A DNA stretch of 64,000 bases from contig NC_068982.1 of assembly GCF_001194135.2 (NCBI RefSeq), forward strand, positions 59,856,569 to 59,920,568, read 5' to 3'. The notes under the pieces are model-generated. The model saw only the letters and a list, made by a program, of their open reading frames with translations. It had not been told where the DNA came from and did no database searches. Shown here piece after piece: positions 37,133 to 49,781 of this stretch. The translations under genes and the position numbers were made by a program. The DNA comes from Octopus bimaculoides (taxonomy: Eukaryota). The first letter of the stretch is position 1. Every line of letters starts with the position of its first letter.

Positions 37133-40100
37133 TCACATGAACACATACATGCTCATGACAGTTGATGAGGAACAGATGCTAAATTATTTACCTGAAGTAA
37201 AAAGTAAGGTTAGTAGTCAGGAAAATTTTTCCATCAATGCAAATAAGTCATCTTAACAATTTTGTTATACATTAAGTTGGAGACATTTTAATTTGGTACT
37301 AAGTTTTAACAAAAATCTCCTAATGGTTAAAGTTTTATTTATATATATTATATAATGTTATATTTATTAACAGCTGCTGATATCTTTGAGCAAATGACAG
37401 TGGCTTTTACGTGGTAATTGGACTTGTTGGAGACAATAGCCTAACTTCATACAAATCAAACCCAATCATACAACAAAAAAAAAAAAAGGAGCAAAGCATG
37501 ATGTAGTTAGTCTTAAATATATGGTATTAGTTAAAAAAAAAAGGACTTTATGGTCATGGTTAGAATGCCATTGATCACAGTTATGATTGACTGACAATGA
37601 AATCAGGTCACTGAGATTTACAAATTTTAAAAAAATCCATGACCATTAGTCAACTATCCCTAGCAGCATGAAACAATGACCGAGATATCTAACCAACACA
37701 TAAAACAGCCCACAGGTGTTATATTAGCTGCAAACAAAGATCAACATTTTCCCTTAAGCATAAAAATTCAATTTTGTCAAAAATTAAATAGCATTATTTC
37801 CTTTCTCGAGATTTCTGAACAAGTGTCAGCAGAATATTTTATTTGTTTCTCCAACTAAATGACAAATTTCAATTCATTTTGAATTTTTTTTTTTTTTTTG
37901 TACATATATCATTATGTACATCACCATTTATTTGAACTATCAAATATACATTCGCTCCTGATTCCAAGAACTGCATCAAAATACACAGATTCCAAGAGTT
38001 CTAAACAATCAAAAATTTTGTTTGTTTAGGGCCACAGTTGACAAAACTGATAGACTACTAAGTATTGACCAAAAATTGTTGGCTTCATACCCACCAACTA
38101 ACTGAGCTTTGTTCGTGTTCAAACACTTAGATCTCAATGACTGAATCAATTTAGCTTTAAGCATCACAATAAGACAATTGTCTGCTATAAACAAAGCGAC
38201 ATTTTAAAACTGAAAAGTGATTAATTAGGTTGCAAATGTTAAGTTGAATTGCTTTTATAATAAAGTTACTGTCAACTCAACAAACCAACATTCCCAGAGA
38301 TGTGTCTCTGATCTACAAAGTGCTACAGAATTAAGTACTGCTCCACTGGAAATATGAAGCAAAGAAAAGAAAAACAAACAAGCAATATTATTTAGAATAT
38401 TGAAATTAATGAAGATTTTGTCATGTAACAGAAGTATACAACTGATGTAATCAATAAATAAATTATAACATATTCTATTATTACTCACTAAAACATTTCA
38501 AACCCAACACAAATGATTTAAATTTATCAAAACATACTTGCTTCCTGTCCATATTGTAACCAATACTATCAGTAAATGCCCTTTTTGCTGAATATCTTTA
38601 GATATCCTAGTTTGGTCATGTCTCTTCCAAACTTAAACTAACTGGCAAATACTTCTAATACTTTGTTTTTGTCAACTTGCACTCACCCTGTCTATTAGAA
38701 TCATAGCAATCTAAAAATTGTTGTCAATAATTCACAAGACACACTCATTGTAGGTTTCAAAAAATCTCAGTTGTTTTGTGAGATTACAATTGTAATGAAA
38801 TTTAGTCTTATGTTGTCAGTGCCATATTGCAAAACTCATTTGATGCCATGTAAGACCATTTCACACAAAATACAAGTAATTAAAAACCAAAGGAGTCAAA
38901 ATCTAAATATCAAAGATTCCTGTAATAAATCATAGTCAAAACTTTGCTACTGCTGGTGGTTATACTTTTCTACAAGCATTCTATTTGTGACCAGTTGTCA
39001 TATTTATGTTATCCAAGACAGTTATCAGGTGTGTTTATCCATTTTAAAAACAGTACAATGTGATTTGAGAGAGAAGTTTGACTTATTTTCAATAGGTGAG
39101 GTAATCATAGAGGCTTTTTCAAAAATCTATTGGGTAGCATATTGTGAAAATAATTTGCACTAGAACTGTTATACTATAATCGTTATTACCCAAACTAATT
39201 ACTCATTATTTAACATCACTTTATTCTTGCCTCACATATGCCACCTTAATTGTCCTTCCCTAAAGAAATAACTTTTATCTAACAGCAGTTTTCATAGAGG
39301 TCTGTTTAGATTATCAACTTTCTGTAAAGCTCCTCGTTTGATCTAAGTTTTCATATAAGTTTTCTTTTAGCTACATTGCAGTTACTCAACAAAAGCTCAA
39401 TTATTCTTAACATTTAATGATTTCTAAGTTTATTTTTATAGATAATCTTTTCATGACACTATGGACCTATAAAACCAATGCTTAGATAAGATTTTTCCAA
39501 TTATAAGCAAAAACGAGATATATCTCTATAAAAAATATATGCTTAATTGCTGTACATAGGTTTTCTCACAGAAGGAATTCAGCACAATAACGGAAAGTAA
39601 CTACAGCTGATTTTACTGTTTACAGTAGTGTACTATACAGCCCACAGTATTTAGAATAAGGTAGATTCAATTGATAGAGCTTGACAATGGACTTAATGAA
39701 GACAGTTCCCTGATCTCTTTAGCTGGTTACCTGACTCTATAATGTCCTTGCTCGTTGTTAACTATTGTTATCAATTTTTTCTTTTCTGATGAGCCAAGAC
39801 AATAATTATGACAGATTTTTCTTCAAAAGTTGATTAAATTTTACAGTTATATATTTGTTTTGCAAGATTCCTGATGTGAAATCATGTGTTGGAACAGGTA
39901 TTGTTATACTTGGGGATGGGCATATTTTGCCAGTTGAAACATGCACTAGTTATCATCACTGTAGCTTTATAATTATTATTTTAGTTTGTTTATCAAAGTT
40001 CTTTTGGAGACACCTGAGATAGAGAGTTACTGAAGAGGTCACATGATGTGTGGCAAAAGAGCTTTTACAGCAAAAATGAAAATAATCATGATAAAACTGA

Positions 40101-40487
40101 AGTGAAGACCAAATATATAGTGCATATGTTTAACTGGCAAAATATGACCTTCCTCAAGTATAACGATATTGTTTAAATTCATTTTCAATAAGTCTATTTT
40201 AAAAATTTGCAGCAATTATTATTATCAAGATAACTTGCATTTATCAACTCTGTTTTTAATCCCCCCCACCCCACAAAGAATCAGAAAGTAAGACAACTAG
40301 GAAAGACCACCAACCAAGAAGTTTTGAAACCATTTTTTTTTAATGCAAACTTTTTCTGTTGTTCCAGCTATGAAGAATTTTCTTATTTTCTTTGCGAATG
40401 TGTGTTTGTATCTGTCTGTGTGTGTGTTGTGTGTGTGTGCTTATATAAGTGTAACTGAGTGATTTGTTTTCATGAAAATTTCACAAG

Positions 40488-40524
40488 AGTCAAAGAAATG
40501 GCTTCGGAAAGATGGAATTTTCTG
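40488..40524 (+). CDS. Candidate 37-nt exon (SQRNGFGKMEFS in frame 0)
   Basis: tttcacaag| acceptor (AAG, weaker) and CTG|gtaaac donor. All three frames are open. Frame 0 completes a MORN-like motif with the two preceding micro-exons. Confidence 0.3.
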
Positions 40525-41329
40525 GTAAACAGCATACCAATCTTCAGTATGGCAATGCAGTGCCAATTTCTGATGTTAGTCCACTTGGTTGCTTTTCCCG
40601 ACCAGAAGTTTTCTAAATATATTCCAGACAAAACTCAAATACCTTTACAAAATTAAAGAAGTCAAAAAGGTTACTTATTCTTGCCTTCCTCAAGCAGTGA
40701 TGCATTTAGTAAGGAAACCCTTAGCCAATTTTCCCTTCACTGTTTGACTGGAATTCAAGCTATTCTGTAAATCACAACTATTAAAAAGATTGTGAGGCTG
40801 AATTTTGATCTTAAGCTGTCAAAATTAGTTCTGACCAGTTGACAAAATTTTTAAGTTACAGTAATTGAGAGCAAAACCTTGCTCTGAGTATATTGAACAT
40901 TTCCATCTTCTTACCACAATGGAAAGTGAGACAAGAAATAAAGAAAGGAAGAGTATCAGGTGCTTGGGCAGGGGTAGCATTGAGGTGGCCAGTTCAGAAG
41001 AAAACAGAATAGAGTAGAAGTGATACAGAAAACAAAGGGCATGAAGCCATGAGATAGTTGTTGTAGTGCACTGGTGAGTGAATCATTTGTATTTACTCAG
41101 GAAAAACTATGACCAAGTTACAATTAAGTTCCAAGAATATTTTGCTAGACCTATGATTTGAAATTACAACTTTACTGATATTGCTTAATCTTTGATAGAA
41201 ATAGAAGCACAAAATATATATGATGTAATATTTAAAAACAAAAAAATGCAATGAATTGTGAGAAAATGAGCATAAACCAAAACTGAAAATATTTGTAAGT
41301 TATTACTGGATATAAGCACTGGTGATGGT

Positions 41330-41515
41330 GAAACATAATAAACACTCAGTACACTCTGTGAAGTGGTTGGCATTAAGAAGGATATCCAGCCATAGAAACC
41401 AAGCCCAAACAGACTATGGAACCTGGTGCAGCCCCTGGCCTTACCAGTTCCTATCAAGCCGTCCAACCCATGCCAGTATAGAAAACAGGCGTTAAATGAT
41501 GATGGTGATGACATC
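41330..41515 (+). mobile_element. RTE-type 3' end
   Basis: gtggttggcattaagaaggatatccagccatagaaacc...gtccaacccatgccagtatagaaaacaggcgttaaatgatgatg. Confidence 0.75.
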
Positions 41516-41806
41516 AAAGTAAGTGCATATTTGTTGATTTTAGATTACATTGAAGTTTTCTTCTTTTTTTTTTCAGAAAGTCATATTCCAGAGAATTTTC
41601 AAAATTAATGATGATGATATATTTCAAAGTCAACTTATTTTTATTTTTAGCCAGGAAAAGATAAAATAAAATTAGTACTAATATAATCAACTACAACCCT
41701 CTTTCAAACTACAACCATGTGCCTGTCTTAGAAATCAATTTCTATGAAGGATGAATAGAGTAGCATTAATATATAAGCAAACTTATTTTGTTATTTAGTT
41801 ATAATA

Positions 41807-41971
41807 TAGGCGTAGGAGTGGCTGTGTGGTAGGTAGTTTGCTTATGAACCACATGGTTCCGGGTCCAGTCCCACTGCAAGGCACCTTGGGCAAGTGTCTT
41901 CTACTATAGCCTCGGACCGACCAAAGCCTTGTGAGTGGATTTGGTAGACGGAAACTGAAAGAAACCTGTCG

Positions 41972-42010
<39 letters not shown>

Positions 42011-42215
42011 GTGTATATGTATGTGTGTCTGTGTTTGTCCCCCCAACATCACTTGACAACCGATGGTGGTGTGTTTACGTCCCTGTAACTTAGCAGTTCG
42101 GCAAAAGAGACCGATAGAAGAATTACTAGGCTTACAAAGAATAAGTCCTGGGGTCGATTTGCTCGACTAAAGGCAGTGCTCCAGCATGGCCACAGTCACA
42201 TGACTGAAAAGAGTG
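41807..42215 (+). mobile_element. SINE family A, full length, young
   Basis: Very similar to 11985-12382 and 2103-2391, with CpGs retained. Confidence 0.9.
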
Positions 42216-44854
42216 AGTAAATTGTAGTGTGTAAGTTTTTATCCGAATTTAATAGCAGCATAGAAAAAAAAATAAGCATCACAACTTCTCATTTCATCTG
42301 TTGTATTGCAGTAAGACACTATACTTAATTAAGAAGTCATTATTGTTTGTAAATGTTTTCTTTATAATTTGAAGAAACAGATGAATAAATCAAAGATTGG
42401 GTGAGATTGAACTGATGCTCAAATGTTTATAGGGCTAGAAGCAATATTTATACCATACATAGAATGGTTAAATTCATTCTTGTAATAGCCCTCAAATTTT
42501 TAGAGGTTTAACAAATTGTTTTGAGTAACTACATTAGCAAGATTGATTTTTTTCAATTCTATAATTTGAATAACAGTTGTCTTAGCTGTTTTTCCTATCT
42601 AGCATAATTGTTCTGGCACTGAGACAAATATCTGAGGGGATAATGAGATCTGGGAAAGAACACAAGTGATTCAACAGGAAAATGTATGTTTACATACATG
42701 TGTTTATTTCGTTTCTACATCCATTTGGCAAAGATGAAGTCTAAAATATTAAAAGCTCTTTAAGAAGAAAGTAAATGTGAACAAATGAGGAAGAAAAGGA
42801 AGAAAACAATAAGAGTTAATGATTAGGATAATAATGATGATGATAATGAGGACAAGCAGAAATAACAATATCCATAAATTTGGTCTTTAGCAACAAATTG
42901 AAAGTATTATAATTTATGGTCTATGAATTTGGATGTTGATGCCATAGTTGTTACATATAATGGTAAAATAGAAATGAGAAAGTAATAAAGTTGATTCAAA
43001 TAAAGAAATTGTAAGAAAGTAGAGATATTATTATGACAGGTGTCAAAAAAAAAAAAAGAACAAGAGAATAAAAAGCAATGTAACATAGAGCATATTCCAA
43101 AATTCTGGTAAATTTTGTAAACAAAGGAAGCAGTGATTTTGATTCTTGAACTATTAGGTAAAATATAAAATGTACACAGAAAAACAAGCATTGGAATACA
43201 TTGCAGTTTTCAAGAATGATAAATGAGAACACTAAACATTTGATTTTTCATGGAAACATCAGATCATGAGATAATCTCAACAGGATGATTTGATTGTTTG
43301 AAGACTATATTTAGATTAATAGTATAGGTAAAAAGAGTTAAAAATGATAGCACTGACCTCACTGTTTTTTTTTTGTTTTTTTTTTTCTTACAACAATCTA
43401 GAGATTACAGATAAAAATGAAAGGATGTATAGATAAATTTTAAACATTAACAAATCTAAGCTCTGTTCAATTCAATTTGTCAAAGTAGTTGTACAAATAC
43501 AATTAAAAGTACAACAAACATTAAATGGAGAAAGAATTCAGTTGGCAACTCAGCATTAGTTTCACTTAAATGAACATTATTAGATAAGAGAAATTTAAAT
43601 AACAATAAAAGTTAAGAATGTGATAACATGAATCTTAGAGACAAAACAAATTTATTGTCCTTTGCAAACAATAAACTCCATTGTATTTATTATAATCATT
43701 ATTTTAGTGTCCATTTTTCCAATGTTGCATGAGTCTAAAATACAGTATCTACCATGTATCTGTGTGGCTCAACATTCTCAGATTTGACATAACCACTGAC
43801 TCTTAAATATTCTTTTGTCTACCTCTAATACAAGCACCGTCTACTGTCAACACATATTATTTCCACTCAGCATCTATTATCCATTTTATTACATAAAAAA
43901 AGCTGCAGTCATCTCTCTCTCTTTCTTTCTTTCTATTCTTCTCCCCCTCTATCTATCTCTCTTTCTGCTTAGCACATATAGAAGACAATACCCATAGCAC
44001 CTCATCACCTTTTCAACTCTCTTTTCTAGTAAGTTAATGATACATATCCAATAAACCAATCTCAGCCCATTCGTCTTCAATAACTGTATACCTTCTGCAT
44101 TCACAACTCATGTAAAACATCTCACACACACACATACACACACAATGCACTCACACACGCATATACATGCATACATGCACATACAATTGTTACTGTCTAC
44201 TTTCTGCTCATAACAACATCCTTTTATTGCTGATAAAAGTAACAGTTTCCTGAACTACTTACTTCATCCAATCTGTGACCACTGCAATTTCCCTACAACC
44301 ATTCCTGAATTATATTCCCTAGGTAATGCAAGCTATCCACTACTTCTCATAAACCAACCTGTGTAATTCAAATGCGTCTCTTCGGCACCTTCTGTAAATC
44401 CATCAAATGAATTTCAGCCAACAGCAATCTTGTATACCAAGGACATTTTTCTGTCATAGTGGGATTTCATATCCTTTGCTACCAGTACATTAGTATTCAT
44501 CATTTTTACTTTCAGTTTACTGTCTTGGCATTATTATACTCTATCAAATGTTGAACGTATCTCACAGTTTGTTTTAACAGATTAAGTGTATAGAAGTTCA
44601 ATAGGAAATATAATCCTGATATTCTTAATTCATTGTATCATTAACTATTATGAAAAGCAATAAACAGAAGTGATATGATGAATGTCAAACAGCATATTAA
44701 GCTCCTCATTGAGTTCGTTATGCTTTCCCCATTTCTTCAAAGCATCATCATGAATATGACCTGAATTGCTCCTAAGATATGTGCATCTATACTAAATTTA
44801 TTTCATTTCCACCAGTTTAATCTGGGTCAAAGTCCTTTATATATCTTTTAGCTA

Positions 44855-45222
44855 TTTCAGTCACTAGATCGTTGCCATGCTGAGGAACCACCTTAAAGAA
44901 CTTCTTTAGTAGAATGAACTGACCCTAGTACCTTTTTTAAAGCCTGGTACTTATTCTATCAGTCTATTTTTACTGAACCTCTATGTTATGGGAACATAAA
45001 CAAACCTACACCGGTTGTCAAGCAGTGGTGAGGGACAAGCACACACACACACATCAGGTTTCCTTCAGATTCGACTCCCTCAGCCAAATCCACTCACAAG
45101 GCTTTGGTCAGCCTGAGGCTATAGCAGAAGATACTTGCCCAAGATGCCATGCAGTGGGACTAGACCCAGAAGCATATGGTTGGGAAGCAAACGTCTTACC
45201 ACACAGCTATGCCTGCACCTAA
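44855..45222 (-). mobile_element. SINE family A, full length
   Basis: Both halves inverted around a short (CA)n. Confidence 0.8.
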
Positions 45223-45924
45223 ATGCAAAATAAAGGCTGGTTGTTTTCAACATGAACTTGTTGCAGTTATCTCAGCTGAAATATAGTTCTTGTACACACA
45301 CTCCAGTTCCTTCCTAATTTTATAAATTCACTTTGAGTCATCCATGAATATAGCATCTTCCAGCACAGCCAGATCATCTAAACTAGTAGATAGAGCAAGA
45401 AGTTCTAACATTGACGCTTTTAGATTTTCAACTCTTGTCCCTAATTGAATTCAAAAGAAAATTTCTGTCATCATATCTTTAATTGGTTATAGTCCATATT
45501 TATACCAGCTATTATATTGGTCTGCTGAAGATAGGTTCCCAATCTTCTATTTATTCCACTTATTCAACAATCAATCATAGAGATATTTCTAATTATTCTT
45601 TTTGCCATTTCAATTTTAATAAAGTACTATGTCATTCAATTTGAAATGCTTTCCACTGACATTAGCTGAAAATAAAGAAACCCTAGTGGGCATTATTTTG
45701 AACCGCATTACTTTGACATATTCATTCTAACTCTCTGGGATCTAAGTTCAGGTCCCATCAAGGTCGTCTTTAATGTTCACTTTTTGAGGTTGATGCATAA
45801 CAGTCTAGTACTGGGCTCAGTTCTCCCCTTTCTTTTTGGATTGTATCATTATTTCAAAAGTTCAATCTTATCTTAATGTACATTATTTACATTGGATAGA
45901 TGTGTCTTCATCTTCTTTGTTGTT

Positions 45925-45970
45925 ACCACAACGTTTCGGCTGATTTACTCTCCAGCCTTCATCAGGTGTC
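45925..45970 (-). ncRNA. Minimal type-I hammerhead-ribozyme-like motif with intact core
   Basis: GACAC-CTGATGA-A-GGCTGG-agagtaaa-TCAGCC-GAAAC-GT-T-GTGGT. Complete CUGAUGA/GAAA core, 6-bp stem II, palindromic ACGU stem III, GUU site and CAC/GUG stem I. Confidence 0.7.
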
Positions 45971-46073
45971 CTGGTGGAATTTTGAACCCAACCTTTGGTT
46001 CTCATTCCTAAGGAATTCTTTTGCTGATGTTATCATTATTATTATTGTTATTATTTATTCAAAATTCCACCGG

Positions 46074-46119
46074 GACACCTGATGAAGGCTGGTGAGTAAA
46101 CCAGCTGAAATGTTGTGGT
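46074..46119 (+). ncRNA. Mirror hammerhead-like motif
   Basis: GACAC-CTGATGA-A-GGCTGG-tgagtaaa-CCAGCT-GAAAT-GT-T-GTGGT. C15.2>T. Confidence 0.6.
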
Positions 46120-46293
46120 AACAACAAACAAGCTAGGGACACATATCTGTCCAACGTAAATAATGTTCAGTATTCCTCATCTCTAAAATATAGAATAGTC
46201 TTATCTTAATGTGTAATGCTGATTTGATCTGGAAAACTGTATTAAGGGTACAATGTGCCTGTGGAGTACTCAAGTACTAATATGAGTGAAAGT

Positions 46294-46610
46294 GTGTGCC
46301 TTAGTGGTTAGGGTATTTGACTCACGATTGTAAGGTCATCAGGTTAATTCGTAGTAGTGCATCATATTTTTGAGCAAGACATTTTATTTCTCATTGCTCC
46401 AGTGCACCCAGCTAGCAAAATGTGTTGTACCTGTAATCCAAAGGTCCAGCCTTGTCACATTCTGTGTCGTGCAATATCTCCCTGAGAACTACGTTAAGGG
46501 TGCATGTGTCTGTGGACTGCTCAGCCACTTGCACATTAATTCCATTAGCAGGCTGTTTCATTGATCAAATCAACTGGAACACATGTTGTCATAACCAATA
46601 GAGGGCCAGT
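46294..46610 (+). mobile_element. tRNA-derived SINE family C, full length
   Basis: gtgtgccttagtggttagggtatttgactcacga head, ttgagcaagacattttatttctcattgctccagtgcacccagct central domain (CORE/Meta-like), 3' part as at 7119-7321. Confidence 0.75.
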
Positions 46611-47034
46611 TACTAAGACGTTAGTTTTAGAAGAAGGAATTCTGTTGATCATGCAGCTGAATGTTCCTCAGTCGAACTGACAAGGAATCTTTGACACTGA
46701 TTGAGGGAAAATTTTCATATCAAATAGAAAACCAAAGACGCTTTAACTGTAATTGTTGTTGTATATTGTAAATAGAGTGTGACTTACATAAAATACATAT
46801 ATTTCAGCCTTTTTATAAACCCTTCACTGGAATCATTGAACAGATGATATATATATATATATATATCATCGAGATATATTGAGATAAGCAATTCAATAAG
46901 CTACTGTAGAGTTATTTCAATTAAGTTAACTTAATTAACGTATATTATACTCAATTGATTGAACTATATAACAGTATACTCAATCGATTAGACTATATAA
47001 CAGTATACTCAATTGATTGGAATAATTATTCAAG

Positions 47035-47196
47035 GAACTGTACCAGCCTGAAGAACTAGAACGGTTTTCTTCTATCTACTCTGAAGAAGAAAAGTTACTC
47101 TTATTTTTGGAACATTTTGAAAATAAACCCATTCTAACTGCAATACGAATGCTACTGAGTCAAATAGAGTTGTTCTTAAGGAAGCCATCACTTGCA
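47035..47196 (+). CDS. Candidate exon (ELYQPEELERFSSIYSEEEKLLLFLEHFENKPILTAIRMLLSQIELFLRKPSLA)
   Basis: 54 open codons with protein-like composition and a GCA|gtaata donor. The acceptor ttattcaag is weak. Confidence 0.25.
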
Positions 47197-47291
47197 GTAA
47201 TATATAGTTAAGACAACCAGGGAAGGTTTTATATGATCACATGACCTACTAAGAATAAGAGTCAAATTTGAAGAAAAATAAGCTATGAATA

Positions 47292-47665
47292 AGTGCAGGC
47301 ATAGCTGTGTGATAAGAAGCTTGCCTCCTAACCACATAGTTTAGGGTCCAATTCCATTGCATTCCATCTTTGGCAAGTATCTTCTACTATAACCTCAGGC
47401 CAACCAAAGCCTTGTGAGTGGATTTGGTAGACGGAAACTGAAAGAAGCCTGTCGTACGTGTGTGTGTGTCCCCCACCACTACTACTTGACAACTAGTACT
47501 GGTGTGTTTACATCCCTGTAAGTTAGCAGTTCAGCAAAATAACCAATAGAATAAGTACCAGGCTTTAAAAAAATAAGAACTAGGGTTGATACATTCAACT
47601 AAAATTTCTTCAAGGTGATGCCCCAGCATGGCTGTAGTCTAATGACTGAAACGAGTAAAAGATAA
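47292..47665 (+). mobile_element. SINE family A, full length
   Basis: Head, core, short (TG)n and 3' half. Confidence 0.85.
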
Positions 47666-47989
47666 GATTGGTAGCAGAGCTTGCATCAACATGCCAGCAG
47701 TATCTACCAACATTGAGAGATAGTACTGTGGAAGTAAATACACACAAATATTATACTTAATAAAAGTTTACTTTCTCTAAAATAAACTAAGCATCCACCC
47801 TGATTGAATGAAAACAAAATCGGTTTATGTCTTATTCATCTGTGAGCCTAAACTGCCTTTGACACATTTACAAGCCTTTCATAAATTGGTTAAAATTTTT
47901 AATTTGTATGCAAATACTCTAGTACGAAGTTTTGGATTTAGAAAATAAATGTAAATTTTAAACTATCTTTTAGATGATGTTTCAGTAAG

Positions 47990-48180
47990 ACAGTGAGCTG
48001 ACAGAATCATTAACACACCAGGCAAAAATACTTAACAACATTTCGTCTGCCTTTACATTCTGAGTTCAAATTGCACTGATTCTTTTGGGGGCAACAAAAT
48101 AAGTTCCAGTTGAGCACTGGGGCTCAGTAATATCAACTTACCCCTTGCCCCAAATTAATGGCATTATGCCAAAATTTGTT
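47990..48180 (+). mobile_element. SINE family D
   Basis: aagacagtgagctgacagaatcattaacacacc...ctgagttcaaattgc...ggcattatgccaaaatt. Confidence 0.65.
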
Positions 48181-49454
48181 ATACAGGCATGTTATCCTTA
48201 AATATTATCTTCAATTTTATTTAGATATGAAATTATTAAAATTACTCATTATATATAATAGCTGTGTCTCTTAGAGAAGATCTATCAAGTTAGAAAGATG
48301 ACTACTTTTTAGTGAAGAGTAAATGCCATAATTTACATATTCAAATGTTATGTTTTGGATTTATATGAATCACTGTGGAGTAATTTGTCAACATACCCTA
48401 TGTTCCAACCAGCCATTAACCTTCAATTATGTGAAATGTTTGATAATTTGTAATGTGACCTTATATGTGTGCACCTTTCAAAAGACTTTTGACCTGATAC
48501 AGAAATACTGCTTCAACGAGGGCTGATTATATTAGCAATTAATCAATGACTATTAAGATTTATGTAAATGCTTTTGTTTCAAATTGTTGCACATACCAGC
48601 CATTTTAAAACTATATTACCAACTTGTTATTAACTTATTGTTAGAAAAACAATATTTTTTTAAAATCATCTTATAAATTAGCAATGAGTTAAAGTGTAAA
48701 GAAAATCATTTTCATTGGCTTCTAACTGGAATTAGCAACTTGTTATAAGCCATTGTGTAAAGGCCCCACTTCTTTTCATCAAAATTTCTTTGCTGTATTG
48801 AATTCATAAAAAAAAAAATGTACTTGATTTAATCAATGATTAGCTGTAAAAATTAATTCATTATTACTTTGTAATTAATTAGACACTTCAAAAATAAATA
48901 ATGAGCATTGATTTGAAAGCAAATAAAAGCTGTTAGTAAGGAAATCAAAATAGTCTTTGAAAACATCAAACTTGACTTTAAACTGCAATGTTTTTTTTTT
49001 TAAATTGTAAGGTTTTATTGCGTCATATCTTCTCTGAAAGACTTGTGTCAAAAGGCTTCATAAAAAAAAAGAACAAAATCTGACGTCATTTTGTAAATTA
49101 TATTAACTATAAAATAGTTTAATTCATTAATAAAGAGTCCTTTGAATTATTATAAAAACATGTCAAAATACTTTAAAGCTTTCAATTTTTATTGTAAGTT
49201 TTATAATTTAATTTAAATTATTAAATTCGTCCTATTTTTGATCCTTACCATGAGACAATAATGAGTAGTGGATCCTGAGTCATTTTAACTAAACATGCAA
49301 AAAACTGGTGCTTTCACTTGGGAATTTTACCTATACTGCTGTATTTGATGACTAGTGGGGGTAGGTACATCAGAGAAACACTAAATGCTTACTTCGATAT
49401 AATAATTTTTGCCTTTATATATACAGGAGAAAGAATATGTGAATTTGTCTACAG

Positions 49455-49566
<112 letters not shown>

Positions 49567-49696
49567 GTATATATGTAAGTATATATTTATGGAACAACAT
49601 ATGTAAACAAACACTTTTTGTGTTTAGAGGCATTGAATGCGTATTGTATTATATGGACAAGAAGGTAATATTCTGAATACAGTATAGCCATGAAAA

Positions 49697-49781
49697 CAGC
49701 AGAATGGCCCATTTAACCTAATGGTAGAGTACTCAGCCAGTATCTGAGAGGTGTAGGTTCAAGTCCCATGGCTGTCTGCTG
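49697..49781 (+). pseudogene. tRNA-like element (pseudo-tRNA or isolated SINE head)
   Basis: A-box-like taacctaatgg, anticodon-like hairpin CTCAG-ccagtat-CTGAG, B box ggttcaagtcc. U33 is absent and the T stem is imperfect. Confidence 0.45.

Larger units (their letters stand above)
45880..46198. mobile_element. Penelope-like insertion with inverted terminal-repeat structure and 14-bp TSD
   Basis: Arms at about 45880-45985 and 46058-46166 are reverse complements. TSD tcttatcttaatgt at 45866-45879 and 46199-46212. One hammerhead-like motif per arm. Confidence 0.75.

Noticed and set aside
38091-38181. Further minus-strand exon-like segments (38091-38181, 52058-52147, 63720-63798) and plus-strand 11317-11377 and 20051-20175
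   Set aside because: Splice signals are plausible, but phases do not chain and no homology is recognised. Such hits are expected in AT-rich DNA.
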